From a virus (Duplodnaviria > Caudoviricetes), in IMG/VR virus record IMGVR_UViG_3300024283_000047, positions 1-40,570 of that record: 40,570 nt of DNA, one strand, 5' to 3'. Positions 36,544 to 40,570 of this stretch are shown piece by piece (within the stretch, counting starts at the first letter, position 1; each line of letters opens with the position of its first letter). The notes beneath the pieces were generated by a model that worked only from the letters and a program-made list of their open reading frames with translations, searched no databases and was not told the origin of the DNA. Position numbers and translations under genes: made by a program.

Positions 36544-37449
36544 ATGGCAACACCCGCTGTTACTCTTGATCTTGGCAAGACCACTGATTGTGTTTTCGTC
36601 ACGACTCACTTCCACATGGGCATCGGTCGGATGCGCCAGATTCGCGACTTGGATGTCACCACGACTGCCAAGGCGTCTGAACTGCGTCACCAGAAACGGT
36701 TGATTGATTCGCCGGAACTGGATGAGATTCGCAGTCAGGATGGCTACATGATCCGCCAGCTGGAGTCGAAGTCATGCAACTATGACAAGGCGACACGGTT
36801 CCTGCCCAAGTCTGAAGCTGGCAAGGTGGTGCGTGCGATGGAAGCGTATCGCACGATCCGCCGCCCGGACTTGGTTGCGAAGTTCATGAAGGTCTATCGC
36901 GCACTTGAAGCGGTGGACTTCGAGCCGCTACGCGTTGCACTGGGCGATCAGTTCGACCGGGGCGACTACCCGAACAGCGACACGGTTGAAGCTGGGTTCA
37001 GCTTTGAGTACAACCTTCGCGAAGTCGGCAACATCGTTCTCGCGGGCCTGCCTGATTTCATTATCGAGCAGGAGATCGCGAAAGACCAAGCGAAGCGTGC
37101 TGCTGCGATTATCGAGTGGCGCGACACAATGCGGTTCGCTGGACAGAAGGCGGTCGAGGCGCTGTTCGATGCGCTCAAACCGCAACCTGACGGCAAGAAA
37201 CGCAAACTGTACGACTCAACCGTCGAGAACCTGCAAGAGTTCTTGGCGACCTACAACACACGCGATCTGGCTGGCGACACCGAGTTCCAGCAGACCGTTG
37301 TCGAACCGCTGCGGGCTATCATGAAGGGCGTCTCGATGGACAAGATTCGCCACAGTGATAACCTGAAGGCGTACATCGTCAAGCAAGTCGAAGGCGTGAA
37401 ACAGAACGCCTCACTGCTTGTGCAGGCCACTGGACGCAAGTTCAGGTAG
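36544..37449 (+). CDS. helical protein (DUF3150-like) ending in ATGRKFR
   Basis: QKRLID, DQFDRGDYP..FSF, KRKLYDSTVENL; family recalled, not searched. Confidence 0.6.
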   Translation: MATPAVTLDLGKTTDCVFVTTHFHMGIGRMRQIRDLDVTTTAKASELRHQKRLIDSPELDEIRSQDGYMIRQLESKSCNYDKATRFLPKSEAGKVVRAMEAYRTIRRPDLVAKFMKVYRALEAVDFEPLRVALGDQFDRGDYPNSDTVEAGFSFEYNLREVGNIVLAGLPDFIIEQEIAKDQAKRAAAIIEWRDTMRFAGQKAVEALFDALKPQPDGKKRKLYDSTVENLQEFLATYNTRDLAGDTEFQQTVVEPLRAIMKGVSMDKIRHSDNLKAYIVKQVEGVKQNASLLVQATGRKFR

Positions 37450-37533
37450 GCACAACCGGGGCGGGCGAATGTCGGGCGTACAAATACTCGGCAATCCAAC
37501 CCGCCTCATGCATCTTCATCTGGGAGAACTAAC

Positions 37534-37962
37534 GTGGATAAAGCATTCGCGAAGACAGCACAGAACATCATCACATGCACGATAGACGAGAATGGGGACG
37601 TGATCTTCTTAGCCACTGACGCCAACGATGCATTCTTGAATCACGGCGACGTGGTAACGAAGCGTGCATCCCACGTTGAACCCGTACAACGTTTCGCCCG
37701 CGTCTTGTTCTACATCCTGCGGTGGTTTGGTGACAAAGGCCGCATCGCAGAGTGGACACGCAACTGGCATGTGACTTGGCGAGTCAACACCCGGCCTGTG
37801 GGCGGGCCGATTCTCCGAGTTAAAGATGTACACCCCGAGATCAGCTTCGATCACTACCCGCAGTATGGTGAGCAACACGCGTGGTGGTTCGACAGACAAG
37901 CGGCGATTGACGCCGAGATCAAATTCCTGAACGAGTGGTTCCTTGAAAGGGGAATACAATGA
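37534..37962 (+). CDS. hypothetical protein of the AAA module
   Basis: TIDENG, KRASHVEP, W.V..RPVGGPIL, FDRQAAIDAEIKFL. Confidence 0.7.
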   Translation: MDKAFAKTAQNIITCTIDENGDVIFLATDANDAFLNHGDVVTKRASHVEPVQRFARVLFYILRWFGDKGRIAEWTRNWHVTWRVNTRPVGGPILRVKDVHPEISFDHYPQYGEQHAWWFDRQAAIDAEIKFLNEWFLERGIQ

Positions 37963-38399
37963 GTGAGTACCGCAAGAGCACAACGAACTGCAAAGACAAA
38001 GAGTGCTTGATCGAAGCACTGGTTGAGATGGGCTACAAGCGAGAGCACATCGAAATCCATGACGTGCCCCAACAGCTTTACGACTTTCAGGGACACAAGA
38101 CTCGCTACACTGATTCGAGTGGCGACAAGGCGAACATCATCGTTCGTCGCAACTTCGTCGGTGGTGCGGCTAATGATCTTGGGTTCGTCCTGAACCCCAA
38201 GACCGGAACCTATGACGCTATCATCAGCCAGTACGATAGCGGCAAGCACAACGCGAAGTGGCTTGCTGGGCTGAAGGGTAATTACTCAGTCGCGAGTCTC
38301 GTCAAGACTGGCAAGGCGCAAGGGCTGAAGTTCCTTGGCAAGAAGGTGGAGAACGGCAAGACGCGTCTCCAGTGGCTTGATCCACGGGTGAAAGCATAA
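37959..38399 (+). CDS. DUF1257/Ycf35-like protein
   Basis: MSEY..DKECLIEALVEMG..NDLGF..YDAIIS..Y pattern. Confidence 0.7.
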   Translation: MSEYRKSTTNCKDKECLIEALVEMGYKREHIEIHDVPQQLYDFQGHKTRYTDSSGDKANIIVRRNFVGGAANDLGFVLNPKTGTYDAIISQYDSGKHNAKWLAGLKGNYSVASLVKTGKAQGLKFLGKKVENGKTRLQWLDPRVKA

Positions 38400-38602
38400 T
38401 GGCTAAGATCATCGAAGCTATTGTCGAGATGGAAGGCGCTGACGCTGGACAGGTCAGCATCGAGACCAGCGGTTATGCTGGCGTCGGTTGCCACGCAGTT
38501 CAAGACGCTTTCACAAAAGGTCTGGGCGGCGATGTCATCGAAGAACGCAAGAAGCCCGAGTTCAATGTAAAGGTCACCAAGACCGCCTGCATCACTCGGT
38601 AG
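38399..38602 (+). CDS. DUF2997-like protein
   Basis: GQVSIETSGYAGVGC..LG..EERKKPEF. Confidence 0.75.
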   Translation: MAKIIEAIVEMEGADAGQVSIETSGYAGVGCHAVQDAFTKGLGGDVIEERKKPEFNVKVTKTACITR

Positions 38603-38693
38603 TCGGGAACGTGTACAGCACCGGGCCGCACTAAGTGCGTAAAGTTGGGCCAACGTCCGGTGCTGTGCGAGTCAACCGACTCAGGAGATTTCT

Positions 38694-38891
38694 GTGGAGC
38701 GCTTTCTATTTTGTTTTCCAAACACTGAGGCTGGTCTGGAGTTGGCCCTGCACACGACGTTAAGTCAGCGGCAGGCTGGCAACAAGACCCGCCTCATCGA
38801 GCAGCGTGTTGCTGGATTCACGTTGCAGGTTGTCGAAGTCACACCACGTCCGCGCCCAACTCGGCGTGAGCGTGGTTTGTTTGTCCGGTAG
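38694..38891 (+). CDS. hypothetical protein
   Basis: GTG start behind AGGAG. Confidence 0.55.
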   Translation: MERFLFCFPNTEAGLELALHTTLSQRQAGNKTRLIEQRVAGFTLQVVEVTPRPRPTRRERGLFVR

Positions 38892-38924
38892 TAGAGTCAA
38901 AATTCAATTTGAGGAGTGTGCAAC

Positions 38925-39161
38925 ATGGGAGCTATTGCAAAGGTTATCGGGTACTTGACTCTCGGCGTGGGCTTCATTGCTCTGGGAGTATTCGTCAGTT
39001 TTCTGCTGGCATATCCCACGATGTGGCTGGTCAATTACGTCTTCACAGCGCAGTTGTTGGCGTTTGTGTTTGGTGGAACCTTGACCGTTTACAAGGCGTG
39101 GGCGCTGAACATCCTTGCTGGGTTTCTGTTCAAGTCAACGAACACTTCATCCAGCAAATAA
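38925..39161 (+). CDS. small membrane protein
   Basis: GAGGAG RBS; hydrophobic helices. Confidence 0.7.
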   Translation: MGAIAKVIGYLTLGVGFIALGVFVSFLLAYPTMWLVNYVFTAQLLAFVFGGTLTVYKAWALNILAGFLFKSTNTSSSK

Positions 39162-39169
39162 CTTCAACT

Positions 39170-39246
39170 GGGGTATTAGGGAAGCGGCCTATCCCGTCAC
39201 CTTGTCACGGTGAAGATCGCGAGTTCAAATCTCGCATACCCCGCCA
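39170..39246 (+). tRNA. tRNA-Asp (GTC)
   Basis: GGGGTAT/ATACCCC acceptor stem, TCACC-TTGTCAC-GGTGA anticodon arm, TTCAAAT T loop, encoded CCA. Confidence 0.92.
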
Positions 39247-39266
39247 ACTTTACAGGAGAAATTGCA

Positions 39267-39443
39267 ATGTCAGATACGATGGTGCATGAAAGAGTCAACG
39301 TTCGCTCGACTCGCGAACGCGTCAATCTGTGCGGTGACTGTGGTACGCGAATCCACGCGACCGAACTTCTCTGCAAGGAATGCAGGGGCACCCGTCCGAC
39401 AGAGGAAGAGTCGGAATACGAGTCCGCCCGGAGACGCCGATGA
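39267..39443 (+). CDS. small Zn-finger protein
   Basis: AGGAG RBS; CGDC..CKEC. Confidence 0.6.
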   Translation: MSDTMVHERVNVRSTRERVNLCGDCGTRIHATELLCKECRGTRPTEEESEYESARRRR

Positions 39444-39514
39444 ACCCTCTGGTGTTTATCGCGGTCACAATCATTTTGATGCGGCTGATTCTCGGCGGGA
39501 GGAAGTGTCGATGA
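39440..39514 (+). CDS. 24-aa TM peptide MNPLVFIAVTIILMRLILGGRKCR
   Basis: ATGA overlaps at both ends. Confidence 0.5.
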   Translation: MNPLVFIAVTIILMRLILGGRKCR

Positions 39515-39708
39515 TCCACGCACACAAGAAGTCTGCCACTGTGCAGGCGACGGTAACAGCCAACGATGGTCAACTAGCCATCGTATCGTTGCCTGCACCT
39601 TCAACCGAAACGCTCAAGATACATCGGTATGGCTCGATACAAACCGAAGAGTATTTCCGAGCACAGTGGGCCGTGGGGAAATCTGTCACGGTCGAGGGCC
39701 GAAAATGA
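39511..39708 (+). CDS. hypothetical protein
   Basis: GGAGG RBS. Confidence 0.55.
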   Translation: MIHAHKKSATVQATVTANDGQLAIVSLPAPSTETLKIHRYGSIQTEEYFRAQWAVGKSVTVEGRK

Positions 39709-39827
39709 GAAGCGTCAACTGGGAACTAATCAGCGTGTGGCTTGGCGTCTTCACGTCGGGCTGCGCTGCATGGTGGGCGTTCTTCAAGCTGGCCGCGTTC
39801 GTTATCCGTCAGGTAATCGGAGGATGA
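39705..39827 (+). CDS. 40-aa TM peptide
   Basis: ATGA overlap; MRSVNWELISVWLGVFTSGCAAWWAFFKLAAFVIRQVIGG. Confidence 0.5.
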   Translation: MRSVNWELISVWLGVFTSGCAAWWAFFKLAAFVIRQVIGG

Positions 39828-39910
39828 CATGTTGTGCTCACGGTGTGGGCTGGCACGTCCTGAAGCGTTTGGCCGGGGCTGGCGCTGCGCCTGCTGCGGT
39901 CTTGAGTATT

Positions 39911-39985
39911 GCATCGGTAGCCAAGTGGTAAGGCGTGGGCCTGCAAAGCCCTCATGCGGTGGTTCGATTCCACTCCGGTGCTCCA
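39911..39985 (+). tRNA. tRNA-Cys (GCA)
   Basis: GCATCGG/CCGGTGC acceptor stem, U discriminator, GGGC-CTGCAAA-GCCC anticodon arm, TTCGATT T loop, CCA. Confidence 0.9.
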
Positions 39986-40126
39986 ATAAACCCGCAGGAG
40001 TTGCTGATCCGGGCCTGCTGGAGCGGAAATTGTGGTGCTGGTGGTGGATGGACATCACCGGATAGGATCGGGGCTTAAATCGCCTTGTAGCGATGCTTTG
40101 AAATCAATCACTTGGGGGAATCAACA

Positions 40127-40570
40127 ATGAAACTAAAGCACTTAGCACTTACACTGATTCTGGCCGTCACGTCCGCCTTTGGTCAAGGCGACGTGGTGTC
40201 AGGAGTCAAAGCGGTGAACCGCTATTTCAACGAGCGGCCAACCCAGAAGCACGCGATCCTGAGCACGGGCGAATGTGCCGCAGGAATCGCGTTTTCTGCC
40301 AACCCAGCGGGAGCGGCTATCGTCGGTCTGCCAGTGCTTGCACTCGGCAACGGACTCGGCTACCTCTTGCGTAACGCACAAGCGACTCCGTACGAGCGCA
40401 ACGTCGATGTCGTGACGTTCGTCCACAACACCGGGCGATACATCAAGAACCATCCGACGTTAATCCAAGATGCCAGCGGCGAGTTCTGTCTCGCGTATGG
40501 CCTGACTCGTCACGGCAGGACAAAGCCCGCTGCGAAGCGGACACCGCAGCCGAAGCCGCAGCCTCAGCCG
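40127..40570 (+). CDS. secreted/membrane protein with a signal peptide, truncated by the window edge
   Basis: Read manually: MKLKHLALTLILAVTSAFG|Q..., ending in PQPKPQPQP; GGGGGA RBS. Confidence 0.7.
   Translation, partial: MKLKHLALTLILAVTSAFGQGDVVSGVKAVNRYFNERPTQKHAILSTGECAAGIAFSANPAGAAIVGLPVLALGNGLGYLLRNAQATPYERNVDVVTFVHNTGRYIKNHPTLIQDASGEFCLAYGLTRHGRTKPAAKRTPQPKPQPQP

Noticed and set aside
39990-40110. Third tRNA after tRNA-Cys
   Set aside because: Hairpins are present, but no T loop, cloverleaf or CCA end could be built
1-40570. Integrase, repressor, lysis or tail genes; stop-codon recoding
   Set aside because: None recognisable in this window; long genes are intact under the standard code and all three stop codons are used

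Overview
A 40.6-kb segment of a tailed dsDNA bacteriophage genome, with a podovirus-like head module; the host is possibly Acidobacteria or Alphaproteobacteria, which is inferred only. 1-15.7 kb (- strand) is a late operon: three glycosyltransferases plus an RmlD-like reductase, a SprT-like protease, a CX5R phosphatase, large terminase, portal, scaffold, major capsid, a decoration-like protein and downstream virion genes. Divergent sigma70-like promoters lie at ~15.75 kb. 15.9-30.3 kb (+) holds an SSB-like protein, primase-polymerase/helicase, an origin-like spacer, family A DNA polymerase, a circularly permuted (two-piece) tmRNA gene, a metallophosphoesterase, a GNAT and many small genes. 30.3-31.5 kb is non-coding and packed with 11-bp-periodic GCGAA direct repeats resembling LexA boxes. 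31.5-40.6 kb (+) is an early-type region with an HNH nuclease, long structured intergenic RNAs, a Ycf46-like AAA+/DUF1257/DUF2997-like module, tRNA-Asp and tRNA-Cys. Most notable: (1) an AAA+ ATPase whose Walker B segment precedes its Walker A segment; (2) a two-piece tmRNA whose tag ends AAAAGR rather than AA; (3) the LexA-box-like array; (4) short peptide motifs shared by unrelated proteins (C-terminal ATGRKFR, C-terminal D-D/E-x-IPF, and YAADGLTxDW in the glycosyltransferases). All family assignments come from recognising motifs by eye; no searches were run.
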